Origin: Candidatus Latescibacterota bacterium
Lineage (GTDB): Bacteria; Latescibacterota; UBA2968
NCBI GenBank assembly: GCA_965222605.1
Contig: OZ244960.1
Location: forward strand, 3,616,001-3,680,000
Length of the DNA stretch: 64,000 nt
Direction of reading: 5' to 3'
The notes under the pieces were generated by a model. It searched no databases. It saw only the letters and a program-made list of their open reading frames with translations, and was not told where the DNA came from. Positions within the stretch are counted from its first letter, which is position 1; every line of letters starts with the position of its first letter. Both the position numbers and the translations under genes were made by a program. Positions 16,643-26,709 of the stretch are shown one piece after another.

Positions 16643-19150
16643 TCAGTCCTCTCGAAGGGCTTCGATTGGACTGTCAGAGGCGACCTTTAGCGCGTGTACG
16701 AAGCCGCATACGAGCGGAAGCAGGATGCCCAATAAGATCGCCGTCAAAATCGTCCCAACACCAAATTGAAAGCGGTAGGCAAATATTGAGAGCCACTCGT
16801 CCATAAAGAAATAGGAGAGTGGAAGTGCGATGACGGCGGCTATAAACCCAGGCACTGCATAGTTCAGCACAATCCCACTAGCTATTTTGGATGGCGCAGC
16901 ACCCATGACCCTTCGGATGGCAATTTCTTTTCTTCTGCGCGCCACTGCCAGGGAGATCATGCCCAGGGCACCCATTGACGCGATGAGGACAGCACACAGG
17001 GCAGCGCCAGAGACGATTTTGCTCCAACTGATTTCTTTAGCGTAAAATTTTTGTCTTTCATCTTCTACATAAGAAAATGTCAGCAACCCGCCAATTTTCA
17101 GGTCTTTCCAGAGTTCCGTGAGATACGCGCTAAATGCTTCTGCACTGCCTTCTCGGACGCGGATTAATATTTCTCCAGTGATGTGTGACCACTTGGATGG
17201 CTCATTAGCGATAGTGATCATGGTCGGCGAGACGGTGTGGCGCAAGCTTTGGAAGCGAAAATCTTTGACTACACCGACGATGCGGCCACTTACACCACTT
17301 CCGAACACTCGTGACTTTGACCGCTCATCCGCTGGCTCGATCACCTGTCCGATAGGCCGTGACGACATCAGGTGCTTTTGAAAGGATTCATTCACGATCA
17401 CATCACCGTTACTGGGGTTGGGGTACAATGGTTTTCCATGTAAAAGCTTCAAACCAACAGTTTTGAGAAAGGGACCATCCACCTGAAAGTAGTTCACGTC
17501 ATCTATCACGCGACCGCTGCTGTCTTTCAGCTTGATTGAATTTGACGATCCGAGTTCTTGATGCGTCCGCATGCAGGATGTTACGAGGGGGTGGGCGGAT
17601 ATAGAGTGTTGCAGGCGATCAATCTCATTTTCGTTCAACCCTAAAGTTTTTAGCCTGACCAAATTCGTCGGTTCAAAGCCCGGATCCGTCGCAATCATGA
17701 AATAGGTCTGTTCAAAAATAATGATTGTGCAAAACACAAATATCAATGTCACACCCGACTGGATAGCCATCAATACCCTCAAAAAAGGTCCAGACCTGAC
17801 GGCTTTTGCTGTTTTGCTCAAAACGCTGACGGCAGAAACAGACGACATAAAGGCTGCCGGATAAAGGGCTGTGCCCAGGCCTATCAGACAAGCCAGTGTT
17901 AGGAGAATGATCGCGGTCTGAATGGGGTCCGTTGAGGACAAGAGGGGTGTTTGCAAAATGCCTTCGAGGGGACTTGAGGCCAACTCTGCGACTGCCATGC
18001 CTATGATGCAAGCCAAAATGCTGTATCCAAAGCATTCGACCAATAACTGGTACCTGAGATGCCAGCGGTTCGCGCCAAAGATTTGTCTTATGCTCAGTTC
18101 TTTGGTACGCGAGTTGAACCGCCCCACATAGAGCAATACATAATTCAAACAAGCCACAGATAGAATCAGGACACTGATACCGCCGAGAATATATCCATAC
18201 AAGGGATTGGTGATTCGACGCACGCCAAAACTGTTGGTGATTCGACGCACGCCAAAACTGAATGCCGGTCCAGTATAATGGTGCAAGTCTGTGATGGGTT
18301 GCAATTTAGCCTGAAAGGTCTCTATAATCCATAGCGAACCGAAGCCGGATTGTTTCTGCATGAACGCCGTGAGCTTTCTTTCCACTTCTTCCACATCCGC
18401 TTCGTCTGCCAACCTTATGTAATGATTGGAACTAAATTGCCAGTCCCATTCTCTTTCTTTTTTCTCGAGAAAGGTTGCAGACATACTGAATGGCAAAAGA
18501 ATCTCAAAATCCAGGCTCGAATTGAGGGGAGGGGTTTCCACAATACCCCCTATTTCAACAGGGGTTACTATCGTTTTCTCCTTTTTAAAAAATCTATGAG
18601 GGGAACGCCGCAGCCATAACACTTTGCCCACCAAACTGTCAATATCGCTGGAAAGTGTTTGAGCGAATCTGCGTGTGATCACAACTTGCTCTGGTCGCGA
18701 GAAGAACGTACCGCGAATAAGCGAAAAGGAAAATATTTCCTCAAAACTTCTATCTACAAACAGGAGATTTTGGATAGGGCTCAGAAACTCTTTGTGAATG
18801 CCTGCATCCCAAGTCTCTAAAACGACACCCATTATACGGGTCGTGGTCTTGATCTCAGGAACCTCAGCAGACATCTTTGATGATAGTGCAACTGGAAAAA
18901 GGCCGGTTTCAGTCCATGTCCCTGCCTTAGGAGACCCTCTTATTGTTTCATTGTATTTTATTTTTCCGACAACGTGATATATGCGATGATGGTCTTGATG
19001 GAACCTATCAAAGCTCCAATCGTAAAGAAGGTAAAGCACGCAAAGATAACAGCACGCAATCCCTATCCCCAAACCCAGCAGGTTAATGGCTGCATAAGTT
19101 CTATACTTGATTATATTGCGAAACCATGTTCGGAAATAATTGGTAATCAT
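16643..19150 (-). CDS. MacB/FtsX-family ABC transporter permease
   Basis: INLLGLGIG, RTKELSIRQIFGA and RRKEIAIRRVMGA duplicated FtsX motifs. Confidence 0.9.
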   Translation of the reverse strand: MITNYFRTWFRNIIKYRTYAAINLLGLGIGIACCYLCVLYLLYDWSFDRFHQDHHRIYHVVGKIKYNETIRGSPKAGTWTETGLFPVALSSKMSAEVPEIKTTTRIMGVVLETWDAGIHKEFLSPIQNLLFVDRSFEEIFSFSLIRGTFFSRPEQVVITRRFAQTLSSDIDSLVGKVLWLRRSPHRFFKKEKTIVTPVEIGGIVETPPLNSSLDFEILLPFSMSATFLEKKEREWDWQFSSNHYIRLADEADVEEVERKLTAFMQKQSGFGSLWIIETFQAKLQPITDLHHYTGPAFSFGVRRITNSFGVRRITNPLYGYILGGISVLILSVACLNYVLLYVGRFNSRTKELSIRQIFGANRWHLRYQLLVECFGYSILACIIGMAVAELASSPLEGILQTPLLSSTDPIQTAIILLTLACLIGLGTALYPAAFMSSVSAVSVLSKTAKAVRSGPFLRVLMAIQSGVTLIFVFCTIIIFEQTYFMIATDPGFEPTNLVRLKTLGLNENEIDRLQHSISAHPLVTSCMRTHQELGSSNSIKLKDSSGRVIDDVNYFQVDGPFLKTVGLKLLHGKPLYPNPSNGDVIVNESFQKHLMSSRPIGQVIEPADERSKSRVFGSGVSGRIVGVVKDFRFQSLRHTVSPTMITIANEPSKWSHITGEILIRVREGSAEAFSAYLTELWKDLKIGGLLTFSYVEDERQKFYAKEISWSKIVSGAALCAVLIASMGALGMISLAVARRRKEIAIRRVMGAAPSKIASGIVLNYAVPGFIAAVIALPLSYFFMDEWLSIFAYRFQFGVGTILTAILLGILLPLVCGFVHALKVASDSPIEALRED
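18207..18260. repeat. perfect in-frame 27-bp tandem duplication
   Basis: TTGGTGATTCGACGCACGCCAAAACTG x2, giving SFGVRRITN x2. Confidence 0.95.
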
Positions 19151-19205
19151 CGGTTATCCTCTGCAATGATTCATGGAGTAGAGTGAATTTATGGGAAATA
19201 GGTAC

Positions 19206-19221
19206 GCAATTTCTGTGCCAA
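19206..19221 (-). promoter_or_regulatory. sigma54 (-24/-12) promoter
   Basis: Minus strand TTGGCACAGAAATTGC = TGGCAC-N5-TTGC, ~55 bp upstream of the permease start. Confidence 0.75.
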
Positions 19222-19723
19222 AATATTCTTTTCTATGTTTTACAAGTAGTTATGAAAATTCGTGCCCTGAACGCATTGTAATAAGTGTCCGGTTTTGATA
19301 CAGTGGTGTCCGAAAATGAACACTAAATATAAAAAACAGGCACATTGTTTTGACTTCAATGTGCCTGTTGAATTTGTGTCTGATGTTACGCAGTAATCCA
19401 GATAAGGCATCACAAAACGCACCATCGCAAAACGCCATCAATCAAAGCCATTATGCACAGCGCGTGAGTCCGTTTCGCAGCGGACATCTTAATGGCATCC
19501 CAACTTTGAAGGCCACTTTGGGTGGTATTTCCATAGAAGCGATTTGCGCTGTGCCAGCCCCTCGGCGTTTGAGAGCGGCATTTTTTGCCTACTTTTTTTT
19601 GCTGATGAAAAAAAGTAGGTCGCCGAAGGCAGAACAAAGATAAAAAAGGTGGAATTATCACCAACACTATCGACATGCAACGCAATATTATTCCCAGTTT
19701 TTTCCCCAGCGTGCGTAAGCCCT

Positions 19724-20833
19724 CTAATTCAATTGCGCAATGAGATCAGACGGCACGGATGCGACGTGGATTTGGGGATGGCCCGAGCGGTCGGAGTTGA
19801 AGACCAACCATTTGAGGTCGGGCGAGAGATAGGGATGCCCGTGTGTGTTTTGCGCGGTGCCCATGGATGTGCGCGCTTCGCATACGACCGCGGTTTTGCC
19901 GGTTTGGATATTGCCGACGATGAGTTCGCTGGCACCCCGCCAGTCGTCGCAGAAGAAGTATTGGCCACACGGGGAGGTACCGACGTGATTGAAGCGATAG
20001 CCCGGCGTGCCGACGCGCTCTGCAGGTTTGTTTGCCGATACTTTGACGAGGTTGCCCTTGTCGGGTGCGTACTCACCTTCCGCGCGGACGGATAGGAGGA
20101 TTTCATTCGCGCCTGCGATCCAGGCTTCGTGCCCGGTGATGCTCGGCGTATGGGGTAAGCCGACCTGAAGGCGCGTGACTTTGCCGTCGGGAATATCGAC
20201 GAGGTATTCGGTGGCACCTTCGTCGCCGACGAGTTTGAGGCGGGTGCCATCGGATTTAAATTCGCAGCCCCGGTTGTGTTGAACCATAATTTGTTTGCCT
20301 TCTGTGGGTTCAAATTGCGTGTGTGGATTGCAGATGTCGGGGTCGGTGTTGATGATTTCTCGCGTTCCCTTTTCGAGATCGACGAGTTCAATGCCAAACA
20401 TTTTGGGGTGATAGCTGATGGTGACGCCATAAGCGTAATAGCGTTCATTGGGCGATAGGGTGCCCAAACCGCGCGTTTGAAGATCTTCGGGAAATTCGTA
20501 GATGACGCGCTGTTTGCCCGTGCGCAGGTTGATGCGCACGAGTTCCTGGCATTTGTTGGGGACAATGCGCCGGTAAAAGAAGATGCCGCCGTGGGTCATG
20601 CCAGGCCCGCCCAGGCCGCGACCGATTACTTCGGTGTTCCAGGTGCCAAATTCGCAGGCGATATATTCGGTGGTATTGGGCGCAGTATCTGAATTTTTCT
20701 GCTCATAGACGAAGACGCGCGAGTCAGCAGAGCAGTAGGGCAGTTCGCAGTAGATATTGGATTTTTCAAGCGCGTCTGTGGTCACCTGTGTGAGTGCCAC
20801 GCCATTGGACAATTCGCCGAGTTCGATAGACAT
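19724..20833 (-). CDS. oligogalacturonate lyase-like / TolB-like beta-propeller protein
   Basis: HTQFEP, GHEAW, THGHPYLSPDLKWLVFNSDRSG. Confidence 0.7.
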   Translation of the reverse strand: MSIELGELSNGVALTQVTTDALEKSNIYCELPYCSADSRVFVYEQKNSDTAPNTTEYIACEFGTWNTEVIGRGLGGPGMTHGGIFFYRRIVPNKCQELVRINLRTGKQRVIYEFPEDLQTRGLGTLSPNERYYAYGVTISYHPKMFGIELVDLEKGTREIINTDPDICNPHTQFEPTEGKQIMVQHNRGCEFKSDGTRLKLVGDEGATEYLVDIPDGKVTRLQVGLPHTPSITGHEAWIAGANEILLSVRAEGEYAPDKGNLVKVSANKPAERVGTPGYRFNHVGTSPCGQYFFCDDWRGASELIVGNIQTGKTAVVCEARTSMGTAQNTHGHPYLSPDLKWLVFNSDRSGHPQIHVASVPSDLIAQLN

Positions 20834-20846
20834 GTTTTTCTCCTTT

Positions 20847-21731
20847 TTACATTAAGAGCCACTGGTGTGATAGATGCCAGTCTTCGATGTGGTTGAGCAC
20901 GACGGCTGAGGATAAGTCGTCACACCCCACGGTTGCGCGAATCTCTGCGCGTTTGCCGTCGTTGTGGATGCGATTGCACAAGTAGTCATTCCATTCGTCA
21001 ACGGCTTGCGCGGGAATTTGACCGCCGCACTGTTCGAGTACCCAGCCTTCAAATTCGAGATAGGAAGGTGTGTTTTTGCGTATGTGGTTTAACGTGGCGT
21101 CGATGTCCAGATTTAATGCGCGCAGCACGCGGGGATCGAGGCCATTATCCGTCATGTCGGGATAGTCGGGGTGTAGCAGTCCTTTTGCGCGGAGGAGGAT
21201 TTTGTACCAGGTGCGGGGCAATTGGCGCACGCCGAGGGGTCCGAAATCAATTGTGGCGACGAGTGGCACGATGCTTCCGCTGAGTTTGGACATGTCGCGC
21301 TTGTAAAATAACTGCCAATCCTGAAGGCTGTTGAGCACGGTTGCAGAATCAATGCCCGCATCCCGCGGCAGGCCCGTGTCTGTGTACGTTTCTTCGAGTT
21401 TTTCCGGGCTTCTGTGCCGCCGTGCGCGGATAAATGCATTCCATCGGACGATGGCGTCTTGTTGTTCAAAGCCCCAGAAGGCATCGCCTTTTTGTTCCAG
21501 TATCCACGCTTCAAAATCGAGGTATGAGGGCATGTTTTCGCGCAGGTAGGCCAAGGTGGTTTCGCGGTCTAAGGCGAGTACTTCGAGAACCCTGCGGTCG
21601 AGGCCATCGCTGAAGTCGGGATATTCGTCGTCTAATATACCCGCGTTGCGGGTGAGGACTTTCCACCATGTGCGGGGCAATTGACACGCGCCGAGCGGGC
21701 CGTATGCGAGGCTGCTGATGAGGGGGACCAT
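20847..21731 (-). CDS. tandem DUF5069-like domain protein
   Basis: Two internal repeats GPLGxxQLPRTWxK...YPD..GLD...PSYLxFExW. Confidence 0.65.
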   Translation of the reverse strand: MVPLISSLAYGPLGACQLPRTWWKVLTRNAGILDDEYPDFSDGLDRRVLEVLALDRETTLAYLRENMPSYLDFEAWILEQKGDAFWGFEQQDAIVRWNAFIRARRHRSPEKLEETYTDTGLPRDAGIDSATVLNSLQDWQLFYKRDMSKLSGSIVPLVATIDFGPLGVRQLPRTWYKILLRAKGLLHPDYPDMTDNGLDPRVLRALNLDIDATLNHIRKNTPSYLEFEGWVLEQCGGQIPAQAVDEWNDYLCNRIHNDGKRAEIRATVGCDDLSSAVVLNHIEDWHLSHQWLLM

Positions 21732-21901
21732 AGTGTGCTCCTTGTTATTGGTTCGTAAAGGCGATTATCCGCAGATGGACGCAGATAGACACAGATGAAA
21801 ATCGGACAAAAGTGGTTTACCGGTGGTGGCGGGGCGGGGAATCCTGTATATCCTCTAATCACTGGATAGAACCATTCCAGTGCAAGCTCTGAAAATCCTG
21901 A

Positions 21902-22930
21902 TCAGAATTTGGCACTCTGGCGACATAATTCCATGACGCGCATGAGTTCGCGCGATTCTTCTATGCGAATATGGGGGGTGGCGTTGTTGACGATTACGTC
22001 GTAGATGTTGGCGTAGAAGTCGCGCTGTTTGTCCCGGGTGATGGAGATATCTTCTTCCCGCCAGGGCAATCGGTCATAGTTGTCGTAACTGCGTTCGGGG
22101 GCTGCGCCTTCGATGACGTTTAGCGGGGGTGCTTCTGCGGGATCGTAATATCTCACTTTGAATACGTTGTCTTCGCGAATGGCCGTGCCGTATTTCCCAC
22201 AAATATGCCAGAGGGGCATTGTATAGGCAGAGGCCTGATTGATCTGTACGTCTAAGAGTTGTCCAGAGTCTTTTTTTACCCAGGCTTTGACCACGTCGTC
22301 GGCGTCGCCTCGGGTGGCAATTGCCCAGAGTTTGCAATCGACTTCTGTGACTGCCGAGTCGTCCGAGAGATAGATGAGTTGGTCGAGGTAATGCGCGCCG
22401 TAGTTGTTGAGCATGCCGCCGCTGTTTTTTCGCAAGCTCTGCCAGTCGTTTCGGCGCACATAGCGATATACGCCCCGGTGTATGGTGTAGATGGGTCCCA
22501 GCTTGCCGCTTTGAATAATTTCTCGCGCGGTTTGCGTTTCGGGTGTGAGGCGGTGGGGTTGGTAAAGAAAAATGCGGCGGTTGTTCTTTTGGGCCTGGGC
22601 GATCATGCGATCTGCCGAGGCGATGGAGGTGGTCATGGGTTTTTCGAGGATGACGTGACAACCCTCGTCGAGGGCGCGAATGGTCATGTCTTCGTGCAAT
22701 GTGGTCGGTGTGGCAATGACGACCACATCGGGCAATGGGCCGGACCAGAGAGATTCAAAATCGGTATGGGTCTCACAGCCCGCTGCTGCGCGTGCTTCGG
22801 ATAACCGTTCGGGCAGGGGATCGACAACAGCGGTGAGTTCGAATTGGTCGGATGAGAGGGCTTGCTGAAAGTGAAATCGCCAGCCGATGCGCCCCAGTCC
22901 GACGATGGCGATTTTTAAGTTTTGATTCAT
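21902..22930 (-). CDS. Gfo/Idh/MocA oxidoreductase
   Basis: VGLGRIG, EKPM, GGMLNNYGAHYLD. Confidence 0.9.
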   Translation of the reverse strand: MNQNLKIAIVGLGRIGWRFHFQQALSSDQFELTAVVDPLPERLSEARAAAGCETHTDFESLWSGPLPDVVVIATPTTLHEDMTIRALDEGCHVILEKPMTTSIASADRMIAQAQKNNRRIFLYQPHRLTPETQTAREIIQSGKLGPIYTIHRGVYRYVRRNDWQSLRKNSGGMLNNYGAHYLDQLIYLSDDSAVTEVDCKLWAIATRGDADDVVKAWVKKDSGQLLDVQINQASAYTMPLWHICGKYGTAIREDNVFKVRYYDPAEAPPLNVIEGAAPERSYDNYDRLPWREEDISITRDKQRDFYANIYDVIVNNATPHIRIEESRELMRVMELCRQSAKF

Positions 22931-23039
22931 TGACGTATCTCCATTCTCTGTCTATATTCTCCAAATTATGACGCAGGCGATTGAAGGTAAAATAACCATG
23001 TAGATCGCCAAATGTCCACTACATTTCCCGGTGGTTTTG

Positions 23040-24749
23040 ATGGATAATAAAGATATTGCCGCGGCATTGGAAGAGATGACCACGCTGATGGAGCTGAATG
23101 GCGAAAATGCGTTTCGCATTCGGTCTTATGTCAATGCAGCGCGGCAGATTGATCTGTTGCAGGAGCCAGCTTCGGATTTGAGCGCACGCGGCGAGTTGGA
23201 ATCTGTGCGTGGCATTGGCGCGAAGATGGCGCAAAATATTGCAATACTTATTGAGACAGGACAGTTGCCGGGCATGGGCGATTTGCGTTCCGCGCTGCCC
23301 GAAGGGTTGTTGGAGATGATTGAAGTGCCCGGTTTGGGCGCGAAACGGGTGCGGTCTATTTACGAGCAATTGGGTATTGCCGATGTGGATGCGCTTGCAA
23401 AAGCATGCGAGGCGGGTGAGATTGAAAAATTGCGTGGGTTCGGGAAGAAGACCGCTGAGAGTATCTTGCGAGGGGTGTCTTATTTGCAGCAACACCGCGG
23501 GCGATTTTTGAGTCGCACGGCGCGAGATGAAGCAGAGGCTTTGCACGCTTATTTGTCGGATCAATTCGGGGTGGTTCGCCTGGCGGTGGCGGGTAGTGTG
23601 AGGCGATGTATGGAAACGAGTAAGGATGTGGATATTGTCGCGAGCGCGAAAGATGGGGGTGCGCTTGCAGAGGCTTTTGTGGCGTATCCCGGTGTGAAAG
23701 AGGTTACGGGGCGCGGCGAGACAAAGGTGAGTGTTGTGTTGGATTCGGGTATGCGCGCGGATTTGAGGATTGTGGCGGATGTGGCGTATCCCTACGCATT
23801 GCACCATTTTACAGGGAGCAAAGAACACAATACTGCTATGCGACAGCGGGCAAAAGACCGGGGTATGAAGCTCAATGAGTACGGTTTGTTCAAGGGGGAT
23901 GAAAACGCGGTTTGTGCCGATGAGAAAGCGTTATTTGGCGCGTTGGGTTTGCATTATATTCCGCCGGAGTTGCGCGAAGGACGGGATGAGTTCGAACGCG
24001 CAGAACAAGCGCCGTTGCCGGAGTTGGTCACACAGGCCGATTTGAAGGGTACGCTTCATGTACACACGACGTATAGCGATGGGCGGCATAGTGTGGAGGA
24101 CATGGCACGAGCGGCAAAGGCGTTGGGTTATACGTATATCGGTATTTGCGATCACAGCAAGGCCGCGGCTTATGCCAATGGGCTGAATGAAGATCGCGTG
24201 CGGTTGCAGTGGGATGAGATCGATCAGGTCAATGATTCGATAGAAGGTATCCGGGTGTTGAAGGGTATTGAGGTGGATATTTTGAGCGATGGGAGATTGG
24301 ATTTTGACGATGAATTTCTATCTGAGTTTGATCTGGTGGTTGCGTCTGTGCATTCGAAGTTTTCAATGACTGAAAAGGAGGCTACTGATCGGTTGATTCG
24401 CGCGGTTCAGAATCCCCATGTCGATATTTTGGGGCATCCATCAGGCCGTTTGTTATTGTCTCGTGAGGGTTATCCGCTCAATATGAAGGCTGTGATTGAC
24501 GCTGCGGCTGATGCGCGTACGGCGATTGAGATCAATGCCAATCCCGCGCGTTTAGAGTTGGATTGGCGGTTTTTATCTTATGCGAGTGAGAAGGGCGTGC
24601 AAATCCCGATTAATACAGATGCCCATAGTACCGAGGGATTAAAAGATATGTGCTTTGGGTTGGGGATTGCCAGAAAGGGTGGACTGACTGCTGATGGTGT
24701 GCTCAACGCTCTTTCGGCAGAAGATTTTTTGGCTGCGCTTCGGGGATAG
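23040..24749 (+). CDS. polX: DNA polymerase X / PHP 3'-5' exonuclease
   Basis: HhH motifs, AGSVRR, KDVD, HFTGSKEHN; PHP HVHTTYSDG and NTDAH. Confidence 0.95.
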   Translation: MDNKDIAAALEEMTTLMELNGENAFRIRSYVNAARQIDLLQEPASDLSARGELESVRGIGAKMAQNIAILIETGQLPGMGDLRSALPEGLLEMIEVPGLGAKRVRSIYEQLGIADVDALAKACEAGEIEKLRGFGKKTAESILRGVSYLQQHRGRFLSRTARDEAEALHAYLSDQFGVVRLAVAGSVRRCMETSKDVDIVASAKDGGALAEAFVAYPGVKEVTGRGETKVSVVLDSGMRADLRIVADVAYPYALHHFTGSKEHNTAMRQRAKDRGMKLNEYGLFKGDENAVCADEKALFGALGLHYIPPELREGRDEFERAEQAPLPELVTQADLKGTLHVHTTYSDGRHSVEDMARAAKALGYTYIGICDHSKAAAYANGLNEDRVRLQWDEIDQVNDSIEGIRVLKGIEVDILSDGRLDFDDEFLSEFDLVVASVHSKFSMTEKEATDRLIRAVQNPHVDILGHPSGRLLLSREGYPLNMKAVIDAAADARTAIEINANPARLELDWRFLSYASEKGVQIPINTDAHSTEGLKDMCFGLGIARKGGLTADGVLNALSAEDFLAALRG

Positions 24750-24881
24750 AACGTCTTATTTTTTGTTTTGCAAGACTTGACATTATTTTGACGCTGACAT
24801 ATAATTGCGGACAAATTTTATGGGGGTAGAAGCACTCCTCCCTGCGTATTGACAAATAAAATAAAAGAGGGCGAATAGGCA

Positions 24882-25322
24882 ATGGCAAAGCATGAACCTT
24901 TGAGCGATAAAAAGCTCGCGTTTTATAAAAAAATTCTGGCTGAGCGCAAGCGCGAGTTGCTCAAGCAAGTGCTCAGTCAAGATGAAGACCTCGACGAAAT
25001 TAGAGGTGATGTCGCAGCCGATCCACTCGATGCGGCGGGCAATGCGTCGTCGTTGGAGTTGATGACGTCGCTGGGGAATCACGAGCGGCGCGAATTGGCG
25101 GAGATTGACAATGCCTTGCAAAAAATTGAAAATGGATCTTATGGGTTTTGCGAAGAATCCGGAGAACCCATTCATCCCCTGCGGCTCGAGGCTATGCCCA
25201 CGGCGCGTTATACAGTACAGGTTCAGGAACGGCTCGAGCGTACACCCCAACAGTTTAGTCGGCCCCGCCGCCGCGTTTTGAAGCGCGAAGATTTGCCCAT
25301 ATCTACAGATGACGATGAGTGA
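24882..25322 (+). CDS. dksA: TraR/DksA family transcription factor (single-Cys type)
   Basis: DPLDAA coiled-coil tip; GSYGFCEESGEPI..RLEAMPTA. Confidence 0.8.
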   Translation: MAKHEPLSDKKLAFYKKILAERKRELLKQVLSQDEDLDEIRGDVAADPLDAAGNASSLELMTSLGNHERRELAEIDNALQKIENGSYGFCEESGEPIHPLRLEAMPTARYTVQVQERLERTPQQFSRPRRRVLKREDLPISTDDDE

Positions 25323-25391
25323 CTTTGAAATTTTTTGGTGATTTCATGGCCGTCAGGTACGCCCTGACGGCTTTCTATTTTAGGAGGATCC

Positions 25392-26690
25392 ATGTCCCAA
25401 TCATTGTTTAGCGATGCCAGTCAACGGCTCGATGAGGCCCTTGCTTATGCTTCTATTTCCGAGGAGGCGATTGAGCGGCTCAAATTGCCCAAGTCGAGTT
25501 TGAAAGTTTCTATCCCGGTGCGGATGGATAACGGCGAGTTGCGCATTTTCCCCGGCTATCGGGTGCGCTACGACGATACGCGAGGTCCCACCAAAGGGGG
25601 CATTCGCTACCACCAGGATGTGTCTATTGACGAGGTGCAGTCCCTGGCTTTTTGGATGACTTTCAAATGTGCGGTCGTCAATTTGCCCTTTGGTGGCGGC
25701 AAGGGCGGCATAACGGTTGATCCCAAGGAGTTGTCCCTTTTTGAACTGGAACGGCTCAGTCGGGGCTATATTGACGCCATGGCCGATTTTATCGGTCCGG
25801 ATATCGATATTCCCGCGCCAGATGTTTATACCAATGAGATGATTATGGGCTGGATGGTAGATCAGTACAGTATTATTAAGCGGCAGATTACGCCAGCGGT
25901 GATCACGGGCAAGCCTTTGACCATGGGAGGGAGTCTGGGGAGGGACAAGGCGACTGCCATGGGGGCCTTTTTTACTATGGAGGCGACTTTGCCCAGGCTC
26001 GGGTTGAGTGGCTCGCCCGCTACCACGACCGTGGCAGTGCAGGGTTTTGGCAATGCCGGTGCTATTATCGCCGAGTTGCTTTTTAATGCCGGTTACAAGG
26101 TCGTGGCGGTGAGCGATTCCAAGGGGGGGATATATCGACGAGAGGGTCTCGATATTCCCAGTGTGCGGCAGTTCAAGGATTCGACCCGCGCGCTCAAGGC
26201 GGTTTATTGTGAGGGTAGTGTGTGCAATGTGGTTGATTACGATACGATTACCAATGAGGAATTGCTCGCGCTCGATGTCGATATCCTGGCTCCAGCGGCG
26301 TTGGAGAACCAGATTACAGCGTCCAATGCCCGCGATATTAAGGCGAGGGCGGTGTACGAACTGGCCAATGGCCCGACTACCCCAGAGGCCGACGAGATTT
26401 TGCGTGGGCGGGATGTGATGGTGTTCCCCGATATTCTGGTCAATGCCGGCGGCGTGACCGTGAGTTATTTTGAATGGGTGCAGAATCGGCAGGGTCTATA
26501 CTGGACTCTAAGTGAGGTCAATCAGCGGCTGAAACAGAAGATGGTCGAGGAGACAGAGCGCGTTTGGGATATTGCTCAGACACAGGGTATTTCCCCGCGC
26601 ACCGCGGCTTATGTCCACGCTTTGAACAGAATCGGCGATGCGGTGCAAGCCAGGGGTACCAAGAGCTATTTCACGGGTGGGAGTGATTGA
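25392..26690 (+). CDS. gdhA: Glu/Leu/Phe/Val dehydrogenase (glutamate dehydrogenase)
   Basis: GPTKGGIRY, GGGKGG, PAPD, QGFGNAG, NAGGVTVSYFEWVQN. Confidence 0.93.
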   Translation: MSQSLFSDASQRLDEALAYASISEEAIERLKLPKSSLKVSIPVRMDNGELRIFPGYRVRYDDTRGPTKGGIRYHQDVSIDEVQSLAFWMTFKCAVVNLPFGGGKGGITVDPKELSLFELERLSRGYIDAMADFIGPDIDIPAPDVYTNEMIMGWMVDQYSIIKRQITPAVITGKPLTMGGSLGRDKATAMGAFFTMEATLPRLGLSGSPATTTVAVQGFGNAGAIIAELLFNAGYKVVAVSDSKGGIYRREGLDIPSVRQFKDSTRALKAVYCEGSVCNVVDYDTITNEELLALDVDILAPAALENQITASNARDIKARAVYELANGPTTPEADEILRGRDVMVFPDILVNAGGVTVSYFEWVQNRQGLYWTLSEVNQRLKQKMVEETERVWDIAQTQGISPRTAAYVHALNRIGDAVQARGTKSYFTGGSD

Positions 26691-26709
26691 TGTGAATGGA
26701 AATCATTCT

